This document shows, piece by piece, positions 40,745 to 51,641 of a stretch of DNA of 64,000 nucleotides. Origin of the DNA: Obrimoposthia wandeli (Eukaryota); contig CDROCS010000506.1 in assembly GCA_977020255.1 (NCBI GenBank), positions 434,001 to 498,000 of the forward strand, in the 5' to 3' direction. The notes below the pieces were generated by a model. It worked only from the letters and a program-made list of their open reading frames with translations. It ran no database searches and was not told the DNA's origin. The first letter of the stretch is position 1, and each line of letters begins with the position of its first letter. The position numbers and the translations under genes were made by a program.

Positions 40745-42208
40745 TTAAAATGGGCTTTCAAGTGGTTGCATGCCAACATACACAGCTTTAATCTGGGTAT
40801 ATGCTTTTAAAGTTTCGCTGCCATTCTCGCGGCCAATACCCGACATTTTATAACCGCCAACAGGCATTTCTGCAGGTGATGCGCCATACGCATTGATCCA
40901 ACATATACCGGCTTCCATTTGATGAATAACACGGTGAGCACGGGTAATGTCTTGAGTGAATACACCTGCCGCTAAGCCTAAGCGCGTATCATTAGCACGA
41001 CGTACAACTTCATCTTCATCTGAGAATGTAAGTACTGACATCACTGGACCAAAGATCTCTTCTTTGCTCAATGTCATTTCATCTGTGCACTGAGTGAAAA
41101 TAGTCGGCGCAACAAAATAACCATCCGGCGCATTGTCAGGTTTTAAAGCATGACCACCCGTCAGTAGTTCAGCGCCTTCTGCTTTACCGATTGCGATAAA
41201 GTTAAGCACTTTTTGTTGATGCTCTTTTGAAATCAAGGCACCAAAGTTAGTCTCTGGATCCATCGGATCACCACAGATGATGTTGTCCTCTGTGCGTTGA
41301 CGTAGTTTTTCGATAAAACGTGGATAAATAGCATCTTGCACAAATACACGCGTACCGTTGGTACATACTTCACCTTGGGTATAGAAGTTCGCTAACATTG
41401 CAGCTGATACCGCGTTATCAATATCGGCGTCATCAAAGATGATTAACGGTGATTTACCGCCTAATTCCATCGTCACTTGTTTCAACGAACCCGCTGCTGC
41501 TGCCATTACTTTCTTGCCCGTTCCCACTTCACCAGTGAAAGATACTTTCGCAATCTCTTCATGCGTCGTTAACCAAGCACCTACACGGCCATCACCTTGC
41601 ACAACGTTAAATACGCCATGAGGTACGCCAGCATCGGTAAATACTTCTGCTAATTTAATCGCGCCACGTGGCGTTTCTTCTGATGGTTTGAAGATCATTA
41701 CATTACCGCAAGCCAGTGCAGGAGCGGCTTTCCAGCATGCTATTTGTAGCGGGTAGTTCCAAGCGCCAATACCAGCGCAGATACCTAGAGGCTCACGACG
41801 GGTATAGTAAAAATCATCACCAACCTGCTGTTGATTACCTTCAATGCTTGGTGCAAGACCAGCAAAGAATTCAATTGAATCAGCACCAGTCACAACATCA
41901 ACCACAGAAGCTTCTTGCCAAGGCTTACCTGTGTCGTGTACTTCGATAGCAGCTAACTCATCATTACGTTCACGTAACAAAGCAACGGCTTTTAATAAAA
42001 TACGGCTACGTTCCATCGGCGTCATTTTTGACCAAGTAGCAAAACCTGCTTTAGCGCTATCAATGGCTGCTTGCTGAACACTTGCGTCTGCAACTTCAAC
42101 TAAATAACTCACCTGTCCGGTGGCAGGGTTGATAACTTCAAAGGTTTCACCAGTTTCATTGGCGATAGACTGTCCGTGGACATAATTTTGATAAGTAATT
42201 AACGACAT
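40745..42208 (-). CDS. betB: Betaine aldehyde dehydrogenase
   Basis: [40 protein letters not shown] motifs. Confidence 0.97.
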   Translation of the reverse strand: MSLITYQNYVHGQSIANETGETFEVINPATGQVSYLVEVADASVQQAAIDSAKAGFATWSKMTPMERSRILLKAVALLRERNDELAAIEVHDTGKPWQEASVVDVVTGADSIEFFAGLAPSIEGNQQQVGDDFYYTRREPLGICAGIGAWNYPLQIACWKAAPALACGNVMIFKPSEETPRGAIKLAEVFTDAGVPHGVFNVVQGDGRVGAWLTTHEEIAKVSFTGEVGTGKKVMAAAAGSLKQVTMELGGKSPLIIFDDADIDNAVSAAMLANFYTQGEVCTNGTRVFVQDAIYPRFIEKLRQRTEDNIICGDPMDPETNFGALISKEHQQKVLNFIAIGKAEGAELLTGGHALKPDNAPDGYFVAPTIFTQCTDEMTLSKEEIFGPVMSVLTFSDEDEVVRRANDTRLGLAAGVFTQDITRAHRVIHQMEAGICWINAYGASPAEMPVGGYKMSGIGRENGSETLKAYTQIKAVYVGMQPLESPF

Positions 42209-42804
42209 TCATTTTCTCCGTGCGGTGCAATCACCGCCTCGATAAAGGCTTTACATAAAATTTGGGCTTGTTCGAATTCTTGTTCAGGATCATGACTTAA
42301 TGCACTACGTAACCAAAAACCATCAATCATCGCTGCAGCTTGTTTAGCACTATGAATAGCAGCATCCTCTGGCATGAGTTGTTTGAATGAAAAGGCCAGG
42401 TTGCTATACAAGCGTTTGCAATTAATATTTTGCAGTCTGGCTAATCCGGGATCATGTACTGCTTGTGACCAGAAACTTAACCAGGTTTTTGTTGCGGCGG
42501 TCGAACGTTGAAATTCAGTAAAATTAGATTCGACGATCATTGACAAGCGTGCCGCGGGAGATAAGTTTTTACCTAAGATGCGGCTTAATAATGCTTGCTT
42601 TAGTTCTTCGAGTAGATATTTGAGTGTTGCTTCAATTAGACCTTGTTTACCACCAAAATAATGGCTGATAAGGCCAGATGATAATCCAGCTAATCCACTA
42701 ATCGTGTTGATTGTGGTGTGGTGTAAACCGTGGCGTTCAACCGAGATCAACGTCGCGTCGATCAGTTGTTGTTGCCTCACAGTTTTCATTTCAGGTCTAG
42801 CCAT
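42199..42804 (-). CDS. betI: TetR family choline-responsive repressor BetI
   Basis: [10 protein letters not shown] and [38 protein letters not shown] at 42804 preferred (GGAG upstream). Confidence 0.95.
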   Translation of the reverse strand: MARPEMKTVRQQQLIDATLISVERHGLHHTTINTISGLAGLSSGLISHYFGGKQGLIEATLKYLLEELKQALLSRILGKNLSPAARLSMIVESNFTEFQRSTAATKTWLSFWSQAVHDPGLARLQNINCKRLYSNLAFSFKQLMPEDAAIHSAKQAAAMIDGFWLRSALSHDPEQEFEQAQILCKAFIEAVIAPHGENECR

Positions 42805-42899
42805 AAAAAGTAACACTCCATGTTCAATTTAAGTCATTATTAATGTTCCGTTTAAGTCACTATTTATGTTTATTTTTTGTGAATAAAGCTCATAACAAA

Positions 42900-42925
42900 T
42901 AGTTAATTGAACGTTCAATTAACTA
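42900..42925. promoter_or_regulatory. BetI operator
   Basis: Perfect 26-bp palindrome TAGTTAATTGAACGTTCAATTAACTA containing the known BetI core ATTGAACGTTCAAT, about 95 bp upstream of betI. Confidence 0.9.
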
Positions 42926-43413
42926 CAACTATAATAGTTAGAGCTGTAACTATCAACCCCATTTATAATCATCAAAGCGGTTATCATAAAATAACGCATA
43001 CATTAGACACCAACAAAAAACAGATTAAACTACTGTTTTTAAAGAATAATACACTAAAGTTAAAATTAGGTTAACCATGAGTAAATTAGTGGTAAATAAA
43101 TTAATAGTTTCAACCATAATCATTATAAAAGTGATTAAATGGGTTGAATTAAAACAATTAAACAACATAGAGAGCACATGGAGATCAGGCGTAATCAGAC
43201 TGTTAAGAGCTAAATTAACGCGTAATTTAAAGTAATATCAGGGAATAATAAAAGGGGATTAACGATCTTTTCAGGGGGAATATAATGACGAGAAGTAGCT
43301 CGATGTAGTCATCTCTATACCGAGCGATTATAACTATCTATTACAATTTTTATTACAGCTTTCTATTACAACAACCACTACCGCGTTGCTATTGCTGGGA
43401 ACACTCGTCGGTC

Positions 43414-44148
43414 TTAAACCAAATAATCAACTAGGTCGTCAATATCAGCATCCGATGCATGGATAGAGATATCAAAGCTTTTATAAGTATCGCCTCTTAA
43501 CACACGATCTATTTCGGCTAAACCGTAAATAGTATCGCCTTTAATTGCAAAGCTAAGTTCGAGTTCACCACGGCTAAAAATACTGCTTTTACGAAATTCG
43601 ATTTCTTGATATGCACCAGACTCATTAGTAAATCCAGACATCGAAATACTGCCCGATTCCATGTCAGTTTTAACGAGTTTTAAGTCTTTATCTGCGATTA
43701 GTTTGCTAATAATACCGGCGATAGTAGGTAAAGGTAGTACATGAATAACGTCCTTATCGCTTGCATCAACCGCATAATCAATATCAAGTTGAGTATCTAA
43801 CCACACAACGCATTGGTTGTTACTCACCGCCAGAGTCGTGATCGGCGCTTCCGGGTGTAGATTAAACTCAAAATCAAAACGATACTCTGCATCCGCCTTA
43901 GCATCAAACGCGTCAGCAATACGGTACTGCGCTAATACATGGTCTACAAATTCAATATTATCATCGATGTCTTGCTTCACTTTGGTCATTAAACAAATAG
44001 TGATGGCCTCAACACTTTGATCTACATTACCGCCGAGCACTTTTACATGTCCTGATACCAGACCACCTTGAAGCACTTCATTATGATCAAGAATGGTATC
44101 TACTTTTGCCCCACCAAAACCCAGTGCTGCTGATATATTTTTGAACAT
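43414..44148 (-). CDS. Spo0M (sporulation-control) family protein
   Basis: LG.GGAKVDTIL, GG.V.Q, F.L.PEAPIT, WLDT.LDI..AVD..D.D motifs. Confidence 0.85.
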   Translation of the reverse strand: MFKNISAALGFGGAKVDTILDHNEVLQGGLVSGHVKVLGGNVDQSVEAITICLMTKVKQDIDDNIEFVDHVLAQYRIADAFDAKADAEYRFDFEFNLHPEAPITTLAVSNNQCVVWLDTQLDIDYAVDASDKDVIHVLPLPTIAGIISKLIADKDLKLVKTDMESGSISMSGFTNESGAYQEIEFRKSSIFSRGELELSFAIKGDTIYGLAEIDRVLRGDTYKSFDISIHASDADIDDLVDYLV

Positions 44149-44266
44149 ACTATCCTCGTTATTTAATTAAATACATGTGAGCTGAACTAATTTGAATCCT
44201 AGCTCAGAATACCGCTTTATTGACTCGCATAATAGCCTTTAATAAGCTGTTATTGAAGTGAGAATG

Positions 44267-44290
44267 AAAAAGCCTGCTATTAAACAGGCT
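44267..44290 (-). terminator. Terminator after the PepSY gene
   Basis: AGCCTG-TTTAATAG-CAGGCT-TTTT on the minus strand. Confidence 0.7.
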
Positions 44291-44324
44291 CCTATTTTAT
44301 CTATTATAATCAAACTCTAAGGTA

Positions 44325-45875
44325 CTAATTAAATGCCATTTTCATTTTACTCACCCGCTTAATGACCAGCCAGTCAATCAGTAATACCAAGGCGATAGTG
44401 CCACCAGCCAGCGGTAACATCACGGATAAGGCTAAGATAGTCATCAAACCCACTTTCCACACACCTTCATGCTCAAATCGTGGCGGAGCACCTAGCACTT
44501 TTTTACCTGTAGGTCGGCGTATCCACCACATCACCCCACCTGAGATGGCGATAAATATAAAGGCCAAACAAAACAGTACATTCACTATTTTATTCAATAC
44601 ACTGACATCCCCTTGATGCAGGGCAATACCGGCAGCCATAAACTTCGCCATGGGGTTATATTCGTTCCAAGTCACATCGGCTAAAACCCTGCCCGAATAC
44701 TGGTCGATATGCGTGGTCCTATCCAATCGAGGATCGGTAATATCACCGCTCATGGTATTTGCCGCCAAGGTATAAACCCCAGTATCGGAACGCGGAAAGT
44801 TAAGTTTAAACTGGGTAAAGCCAAGGGTTTTAGCTTGTGCCAATACATCATCAATGCCCAATTTAGCTGTCATGTTAATATCATCAGTAACCCCGTCATC
44901 CTGCATACTATTGTGGGTACTGCCACTATTAATAACAGACATAGCCGCCAACATCGCGGCATGATCATGTGACTTAGGGACTAACGTTTGCTCTAAGTTC
45001 CATGGCATCTCTTCTTCACTGCCGTGATTCATTGACGCGTGATTTTGTGTAGATAGAGGTACGTTATCCCATTTTTCAGCAGGGAAACTACTCCACGCCT
45101 GCACAAATTTACCACCCCAAATACTTGCCCATGCTAAGCCGGAGATAAAGAAAAACAACAAGACAAAAGACAATAACCCGCCAATATTGGCATGTAAGTC
45201 ACGCATCAATATACGGGGGCCATTTGTCGTTCTGATTTTAAGAAAACCAGCTTTACTGGCTTTATCCCGTGGTATCCATAAATAAACACCTGTCACTAAT
45301 AAGATCACGCCTAAACTTGCGGCTATTTCAATCAAGTAATCCCCCCAATCACCTAACAGTAAAGTACCGTGAATATCATTGGCGAGTTGATACCAACTAT
45401 CACTGCGATCTATCGAACCTATAATCTCGCCACTATATTGATTTACCGTCACAAATATCGTCTTACCAGAATCGAGAGTAATGGAAAATCGATTAGCCAA
45501 ATCAGGACTAGGTGCTGGCACAAACTGCGTCATGTTTGCATTGGGATAAGCAAGTAATACATTATCCATTTGCGCAGAGACTGCCACACTCGAGGTCTGT
45601 GGCACGACTTCCAATACTGGCTGGTAACGGCTAAATTCAATCTCATCATCAAACAACATCACTAAACCCGTTAGGCTCAGCATTAACATAAACGGGATAA
45701 CAAATAACCCAGCATAAAAATGCCAGCGCCAAGTTAAAAAGTAACGGTACTTCGAACGGGCGAGTCCTTCATTATGAGGTGCGGCATCATTTCTGGCTGT
45801 ACTATTTACCCGCGTACTATTTACCGACGTATTATTTACCGCCGTATTATTTATCGGCATATGAGTTTTCGACAT
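44325..45875 (-). CDS. PepSY-associated TM helix domain protein
   Basis: WRWHFYAG, IHGTL, RDLHA, ISGLAW, ALHQG, SG..MWW.RRP motifs; His/Met-rich periplasmic loop. Confidence 0.9.
   Translation of the reverse strand: MSKTHMPINNTAVNNTSVNSTRVNSTARNDAAPHNEGLARSKYRYFLTWRWHFYAGLFVIPFMLMLSLTGLVMLFDDEIEFSRYQPVLEVVPQTSSVAVSAQMDNVLLAYPNANMTQFVPAPSPDLANRFSITLDSGKTIFVTVNQYSGEIIGSIDRSDSWYQLANDIHGTLLLGDWGDYLIEIAASLGVILLVTGVYLWIPRDKASKAGFLKIRTTNGPRILMRDLHANIGGLLSFVLLFFFISGLAWASIWGGKFVQAWSSFPAEKWDNVPLSTQNHASMNHGSEEEMPWNLEQTLVPKSHDHAAMLAAMSVINSGSTHNSMQDDGVTDDINMTAKLGIDDVLAQAKTLGFTQFKLNFPRSDTGVYTLAANTMSGDITDPRLDRTTHIDQYSGRVLADVTWNEYNPMAKFMAAGIALHQGDVSVLNKIVNVLFCLAFIFIAISGGVMWWIRRPTGKKVLGAPPRFEHEGVWKVGLMTILALSVMLPLAGGTIALVLLIDWLVIKRVSKMKMAFN
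45799..45858. repeat. Imperfect in-frame tandem repeat, 4 x 15 bp, in the PepSY N-terminus
   Basis: GTA(C/T)TATTTA.... units encoding INNTA-VNNTS-VNSTR-VNSTA. Confidence 0.85.
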
Positions 45876-46051
45876 TTTTGTATATTCCTTTCTACAAAAT
45901 CCCTATCGGTTAACGATGGTCATCCATATAAACTAAATTTTTTCGTCATCAATTCCCCCGCTAAAGCAAAAACTTAACAGGATATTAATCACGTGAATAC
46001 GCTGTACGAGTACAGTAATGAGTAGAGTAACGAGTACAACGATAATTTAAA

Positions 46052-46435
46052 TTAAGAAAGGACTGCGGGCGGTGCGCGAGGTACTTGCCATTGATAGCGC
46101 AGGCTATGCGCTAAAAATGAGTAGTGATCTTGAATTGAAAAGCTAACACCCACCAATACTGGCGTGGTTAATAAAGCGAGATCATGAAACGAAGAAAAGT
46201 GACTGAATGGGCAAGGTTTTCCCTCATGACTTTGAGGTTTACCTTTTTCGATTTGAACCAGTTCCAGTCCATTGACGGTACACAACGTCGCCCATACACC
46301 GACACTATTATTAGCGTTAAGCACAGGCATTAGCGTGACTAAAACCCAACTGAGTAGGCTAGCAAGCAACATTGATTTTTTAAAATAAGAACTGTGTTTC
46401 ATACGATACTCTATAGATTTGTATGGAGTGTACAT
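46052..46435 (-). CDS. DUF2946 family small protein
   Basis: TM helix, LCT..G, PCPF and C-terminal RAPP motif; upstream of the PepSY gene; the true start may be 46402. Confidence 0.75.
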   Translation of the reverse strand: MYTPYKSIEYRMKHSSYFKKSMLLASLLSWVLVTLMPVLNANNSVGVWATLCTVNGLELVQIEKGKPQSHEGKPCPFSHFSSFHDLALLTTPVLVGVSFSIQDHYSFLAHSLRYQWQVPRAPPAVLS

Positions 46436-46514
46436 AAATCTATAACATATCGCAAAGAATGTAACATGTGGTTAACGTTTGGGCGTTAAACTATGACTGT
46501 TAGGTCAGGCGTAA

Positions 46515-47663
46515 TTAAAAAGCAAACGATAGCCCGAAATTCAGTTTATAGTCGTCTTTCTGTGGGGTTATATCACTTGAATTAGCTTTCGGATTAGAAA
46601 GATGATCCCATACAAATTTAATACTAAAATCCAAGTCATCTATCATTTCAATATCTAAGCCTAAGTTATTAGTGTGTCTCATCCCACCAGCTGAGTGCGA
46701 AGACCAGTTAAAATCGTAAGTGTGGCTAAGGTCTACATTTTCAAATAATTCATACTCTATTTTAGAACTAAATAATGCGGTAGGGCTCATTTCATTATTA
46801 GAGTCACCCTCTTGCACTGTGTCAAAGTGCGTATATTGAATACCTGGTCCGAGCGACACGTCCCATTCAAAATTTGATTGCGTGAATAGAAAATAACCAA
46901 CCTGCATAGAACCATTAATACGATAGGCAACATTTTGAAATTTATCACTATCTAGCGTTATTTTTATCGGTCTAAGGAAGATACGAGGGCTTAAGTTGAT
47001 GTCATACGACCCATCGACAATGTGATTTTCAGCGGTATTTTCACCGGCGCTTTCGGCTATATTACTGGCGTATCGTAATAGCACTCTTGATTTGACTGTT
47101 TTACGTTCAGCATCAATACTCGTCGCGATGGACAATTCATCAGTATTCCCTTTACTAAAATTCGCACCGATAAAAAAATCAACGTCCCAATGCTCTCGCT
47201 CAGTATCGAAGCCTCGATAAATAGAAACGACTTGGTTGACAGGCACCCGAATTTGAATTTTATTACTGATGATTAAGGTATCACCTGTCATTAAAAGAGA
47301 GCCGGTATGCACTTCACCAGAGTTCAGTAATACCTTGAATGAATGTGCAGTTTTCAGGGTTTTGATATCTTCTAAATCAATTTCCTGATCACCAAGATCA
47401 TCACTATCAAACTCAATCGTTTGATCGAAAGAGTTCTGACTTTTCTCAATCGTACCGATTAGTTCGCCTTTGAGCGTTTCCCCTGAAATCAGTTGAACCC
47501 AATCATCTGTCGCTTTGATAGTGATGGGCAAAGGCGCATCATTGGATGATAGTGTAGAAATAGTTGAAGGACTGGAGAGTTGAGCAAAGCTCGGGCTAGT
47601 TATACTCAGGGCTGTAATAAAAGAAGCAATGGGATAAGCATAATTCATAATAATTTGAAGCAC
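46515..47663 (-). CDS. DUF481 (YdiY-like) outer-membrane beta-barrel protein
   Basis: DWVQL.SGE.L.GE N-terminal domain, GN(T)D, alternating beta-strand pattern, C-terminal FGLSFAF. Confidence 0.8.
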   Translation of the reverse strand: MLQIIMNYAYPIASFITALSITSPSFAQLSSPSTISTLSSNDAPLPITIKATDDWVQLISGETLKGELIGTIEKSQNSFDQTIEFDSDDLGDQEIDLEDIKTLKTAHSFKVLLNSGEVHTGSLLMTGDTLIISNKIQIRVPVNQVVSIYRGFDTEREHWDVDFFIGANFSKGNTDELSIATSIDAERKTVKSRVLLRYASNIAESAGENTAENHIVDGSYDINLSPRIFLRPIKITLDSDKFQNVAYRINGSMQVGYFLFTQSNFEWDVSLGPGIQYTHFDTVQEGDSNNEMSPTALFSSKIEYELFENVDLSHTYDFNWSSHSAGGMRHTNNLGLDIEMIDDLDFSIKFVWDHLSNPKANSSDITPQKDDYKLNFGLSFAF

Positions 47664-47837
47664 CTAATAATAGCAATGAGACCACAATACAAAGTCTAAC
47701 TTATAATAAAGTCCATTCACATATCAATACGTTAAGTTAGTACCCAATTATAGCCTATTCATACAGATAAAAAAGTCCCTCAACAGTTGGTTAACTAGCT
47801 ATTGAGGGTCACTTCAAAAGATTTAATAAGCTAAAAG

Positions 47838-50153
47838 TTAAGCCATCACAGTGTCAATTTTATTACTCTTCAATACAGCCTCGGATAACACCACAGGAAT
47901 GGCTTTCGAAATTGGCGTATCACTCAAATCCCCTTTGCCATCGATAGAGACCAAGGGGTTAGTTTCAGGGAAATAAGCAGCAATATTTCCTTCTGGAATA
48001 TCATACGCAACGAGTTTAAAGCCAAACACTTTACGTTCAATACCATCAGGCCACAGCGATTCAATATCGACTAATTGACCGTTATCCATACCTAATGCTG
48101 CGATGTCTTTTGCGTTAACAAAAAGGACTCTACGTTCACCGGATATACCCCGATAACGATCATCAAAGCCATAAATGGTGGTGTTGTACTGATCGTGTGA
48201 ACGCATGGTTTGCAATACAAATACCGGGTCATTACTGAGCTCACGTAAATTGGCAGGCAATAAGTGAACAGGTAAATCATGTCGCATGAATTGTGCTTTG
48301 TTCGATGCGGTGTTCCATTGCCTCTGCGCAGCACTGTTGCCAAGGTAGAAACCACCGGGCTGCTTAATCTTATGGTTGAAGTCGCTAAAACCAGGGATGC
48401 TTTTTGCAATGAGCTCGCGTATTCGGGCATAGTCTTCAATCACCCAATCCCAATCAATCGGTTGCTTACCCAGTGTCGCTGCAGCTATACCGGCAATAAT
48501 CGCAGGTTCAGAGCGCATTTCGCCAATATCCCCAGCAACTACACCAGCAGAAGCATGCACCATACTAAACGAATCCTCGACTGTGATGCTTTGCGGCCCA
48601 GATGCTTGTATATCAATATCTGTACGTCCTAAACACGGTAATATGAGCGAGTCTTTACCCGCGATAAGATGGGTACGGTTTAGTTTTGTAGCAATATTAA
48701 CCGTCAGATTACAGTTAGATAATGCTTGTTTTGTTAACACAGTATCAGGTGTTGCTGCAGCAAAGTTTCCGCCTAAGCCAATAAATACCTTACTCTCGCC
48801 AGCAAGCATCGCTTTGATCGCTTCAACGGTATTGTGCCCCGCTGCTGTCGGCGCTTTAAAATCAAATTCAGCGGATATACTTTTGATAAATGCAGCGGTT
48901 GGCTTTTCATCTATCCCCATCGTGCGATCGCCCTGCACATTACTGTGCCCTCGTACTGGGCACAATCCAGCACCTTGCTGACCTAACTGGCCAAACAATA
49001 GCTGTAGATTAGCGATCTCTTGAATGGTTTTAACCGAATGTTTATGCTGCGTAATGCCCATAGCCCAGGTAATAATGACCCGCTTTGCTTGGTGATAAAT
49101 GTTAGCAGCGTGTTCTATCTCAGATTGTAATAAGCCAGCTTGCTCGGTGATGTCATGCCATGCAGTTTCTTTAACAGCGTTTAAGTATTCATCGAGACCT
49201 TGGGTATGCTCGGCAATGAATGCATGATCAAATATAGATCCCCGCCCTGCGGTTAGCTCAGCGTCGTCAATAACGCAAAGTGCTTTCACCATGCCACGAA
49301 CAACCGCCATGTCACCACCCAATTTAGGCGTAAAATAACATTGGCTAATTTGTGTCGAACCATCGGTTAGCATTTCCGTCACAGACTGTGGGTTGGTAAA
49401 ACGCTCTAAGCCTCTTTCTTTTAGCGTATTGAACGTGACGACTGCAGCCCCGCGGCGGGATGCTTGTCGCAGCGTATCTAACATGCGAGGATGATTTGTT
49501 CCGGGGTTTTGACCAAACACAAAAATAGCATCAGCATGCTCGAAATCTTCCAGTGTTACCGTACCTTTACCGATACCGATGGCTTGCTTTAGCCCTACAC
49601 CACTGGCTTCATGACACATGTTAGAGCAATCAGGAAAGTTATTAGTGCCAAATTTTCGCACAAACAGTTGATATAAAAAAGCCGCCTCATTACTTGCTCG
49701 ACCTGAGGTATAAAACTCAGCTTGATTAGGACTTTCAAGCGCATTTAAATGTGTCGCTATGAGCGCAAATGCTTGCTGCCAACTCACCGCTTCATAGCAG
49801 TCCGTCACACGGTTATACTTTACAGGGTGACTAAGCCGACCTTGGGACTCTAAAAAATAATCACTTTGCTGTGTTAACCAGCTTACCGGATGGTTAGCAA
49901 AAAAATCGGCAGTAACACGCCTGCTTGTCGCCTCCCAATTAACTGCTTTAGCGCCATTTTCGCAGAATTTAAACCGCGTTTGTTCTTTCGATTCGCCCCA
50001 GGCACAACCTGGGCAATCAAAACCTTGGTCTTGATTCGTTTTAAGTAAGTTACGAATATTACGAGATACATTTTCGCTTTTGACCAAATGCTTTGTCGTA
50101 CTTAATAGCGCGCCCCAACCACCAGCCGAACCTTCATATTTTTTAATTGTCAT
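47838..50153 (-). CDS. FdhF/YdeP family molybdopterin oxidoreductase
   Basis: GFDCPGCAW, FCENGAKA, SGRASNEAA, DCSNMCHE, GHSNVQG, RSHDQYNTT motifs. Confidence 0.93.
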   Translation of the reverse strand: MTIKKYEGSAGGWGALLSTTKHLVKSENVSRNIRNLLKTNQDQGFDCPGCAWGESKEQTRFKFCENGAKAVNWEATSRRVTADFFANHPVSWLTQQSDYFLESQGRLSHPVKYNRVTDCYEAVSWQQAFALIATHLNALESPNQAEFYTSGRASNEAAFLYQLFVRKFGTNNFPDCSNMCHEASGVGLKQAIGIGKGTVTLEDFEHADAIFVFGQNPGTNHPRMLDTLRQASRRGAAVVTFNTLKERGLERFTNPQSVTEMLTDGSTQISQCYFTPKLGGDMAVVRGMVKALCVIDDAELTAGRGSIFDHAFIAEHTQGLDEYLNAVKETAWHDITEQAGLLQSEIEHAANIYHQAKRVIITWAMGITQHKHSVKTIQEIANLQLLFGQLGQQGAGLCPVRGHSNVQGDRTMGIDEKPTAAFIKSISAEFDFKAPTAAGHNTVEAIKAMLAGESKVFIGLGGNFAAATPDTVLTKQALSNCNLTVNIATKLNRTHLIAGKDSLILPCLGRTDIDIQASGPQSITVEDSFSMVHASAGVVAGDIGEMRSEPAIIAGIAAATLGKQPIDWDWVIEDYARIRELIAKSIPGFSDFNHKIKQPGGFYLGNSAAQRQWNTASNKAQFMRHDLPVHLLPANLRELSNDPVFVLQTMRSHDQYNTTIYGFDDRYRGISGERRVLFVNAKDIAALGMDNGQLVDIESLWPDGIERKVFGFKLVAYDIPEGNIAAYFPETNPLVSIDGKGDLSDTPISKAIPVVLSEAVLKSNKIDTVMA

Positions 50154-50218
50154 TGTGATCCTCTATATCAATTATCTATTACAGGCATCTATTACAAGCG
50201 TCGGTTTCAGGCGCCAAT

Positions 50219-51277
50219 TTAAGACTCTGTATTATCATTAAGCAGGTTTAAACGGAAAGCACCATGATAGATATTGAATCCACCATCACGGCTAAAGCCT
50301 ATCAGGGTAAGGTTGAAGCGTTTTGCCATGTTGATTGCAAGGTTAGAGGGTGCGCCGACAGCCACTAATATAGAGATACCCGACACCAGTACTTTTTGAA
50401 CTAACTCGAAACTGATCCGCCCGCTTAGAAATACAATTTTATGCTGAGAATCAAGCTCAGTACTTCTTGCCAATTTGCCCATTAATTTATCTAGGGCATT
50501 GTGACGACCGACATCTTCACAGCTCAGTAATAGCTGACCTTTTTCATCGAATAAAGCGCAGCCATGTACCCCGCCAGTTTGGTTAAACATCGATTGATAT
50601 TGGCGAAGTTGCTCACTAAAATGTGGGATAACATGACCAGATAACCATCCTTCGCTGGTATCTAAATCGGCAATGTTACGCAGTTCTAAAGACTTTATAG
50701 ATGACTTGCCACATACGCCGCAGCTGGAAAATGAAGTGGTATCACGACTGATTAATGCCCAATCGACGACAACACTTGGTGCTAGTCGTACATAGATTTC
50801 ATTTTGATTGGTTTTATTTTGGTAAATGTCGTCTAAATCGAACTGCTCGTTAATGCCGACAATATCATTAGCACTGTTAATGATACCTTCCGCCAATAAT
50901 AACCCTGTTACCAGATTCAGATCGTCACCCGGTGTACGCATCGTCACTAAGTAAACTCGTTCTTGTTCTTTGCCTTCTGCGTTACTATAAATAAGCCTGA
51001 TCTCTAAAGGTTCTTCGATAATCACTGCATCAATGGCAAGGTTAATATTCACGCCATTTATCTGCTGCAAAGAACACATAGCAACACCCGTTGTACTTGA
51101 CGCAGGGTTTACCATTACCTTTGGCATACGGTCCAGAGGATTATGCTTTAAAGTCGAGCGTTGATAAGCAACATGAAAGGCAGTGTCTTTATTCACTAAT
51201 GCATCGCTTCTATTCGTTAATGTATCGTTTCTATTAACTAACGTATTACCTGCGGGATTTCTCTTTGGTTCAGCCAT
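50219..51277 (-). CDS. fdhD: Formate dehydrogenase accessory sulfurtransferase FdhD
   Basis: EEPLEI, MRTPG, SSCGVCG, TGGVHG, EDVGRHNALDK motifs; ATG at 51277 with GAGG SD preferred. Confidence 0.93.
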   Translation of the reverse strand: MAEPKRNPAGNTLVNRNDTLTNRSDALVNKDTAFHVAYQRSTLKHNPLDRMPKVMVNPASSTTGVAMCSLQQINGVNINLAIDAVIIEEPLEIRLIYSNAEGKEQERVYLVTMRTPGDDLNLVTGLLLAEGIINSANDIVGINEQFDLDDIYQNKTNQNEIYVRLAPSVVVDWALISRDTTSFSSCGVCGKSSIKSLELRNIADLDTSEGWLSGHVIPHFSEQLRQYQSMFNQTGGVHGCALFDEKGQLLLSCEDVGRHNALDKLMGKLARSTELDSQHKIVFLSGRISFELVQKVLVSGISILVAVGAPSNLAINMAKRFNLTLIGFSRDGGFNIYHGAFRLNLLNDNTES

Positions 51278-51384
51278 GGGACGCCTCACTCGACTAGATC
51301 TCGGTTAAAAATGGATATGCGCAAAACAAGACAGTTACACTACCGCTTACTAAGCAATAAACATATCGAGAAAATTTGTTCATT

Positions 51385-51403
51385 TGATAAGAAAAACTTA
51401 TCA
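51385..51403. promoter_or_regulatory. LysR-type inverted repeat upstream of fdhD
   Basis: TGATAA-N7-TTATCA containing a T-N11-A box. Confidence 0.5.
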
Positions 51404-51566
51404 GTTTACGTCATGTAGGATAAACAAAGGGGCCATCAAACAGCGGCAATGAAGGTGCACTTTAAACATTTCGTTATTCTGTGATGTCAGTATGGAGGTA
51501 ACTATCGCTGGTAAGGATTACGGGGCTAGTGGCGCATAAGTATATAAGGACAGTATGAGTAATAAA

Positions 51567-51597
51567 TACCCATTACCTCTACTTGATGCAATGGGTA
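51567..51597 (-). terminator. Possible terminator after chbG
   Basis: TACCCATT-N15-AATGGGTA stem followed by TTTATT on the minus strand. Confidence 0.45.
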
Positions 51598-51641
51598 CTA
51601 TTTAATTTTTTACTTTATTATTTACCGTTACTTAAGCCTGC

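Noticed and set aside
43112-43130. Fur box (ATAATCATTAT)
   Set aside because: Only a partial match in very AT-rich DNA, with no iron-related gene adjacent.
43414-44148. Evidence for sporulation
   Set aside because: Spo0M-family genes are widespread in non-sporulating gammaproteobacteria.
47838-50153. Selenocysteine formate dehydrogenase
   Set aside because: No in-frame TGA; motifs match the YdeP/FdhF-like subfamily, and no Fe-S or cytochrome subunit genes are adjacent.
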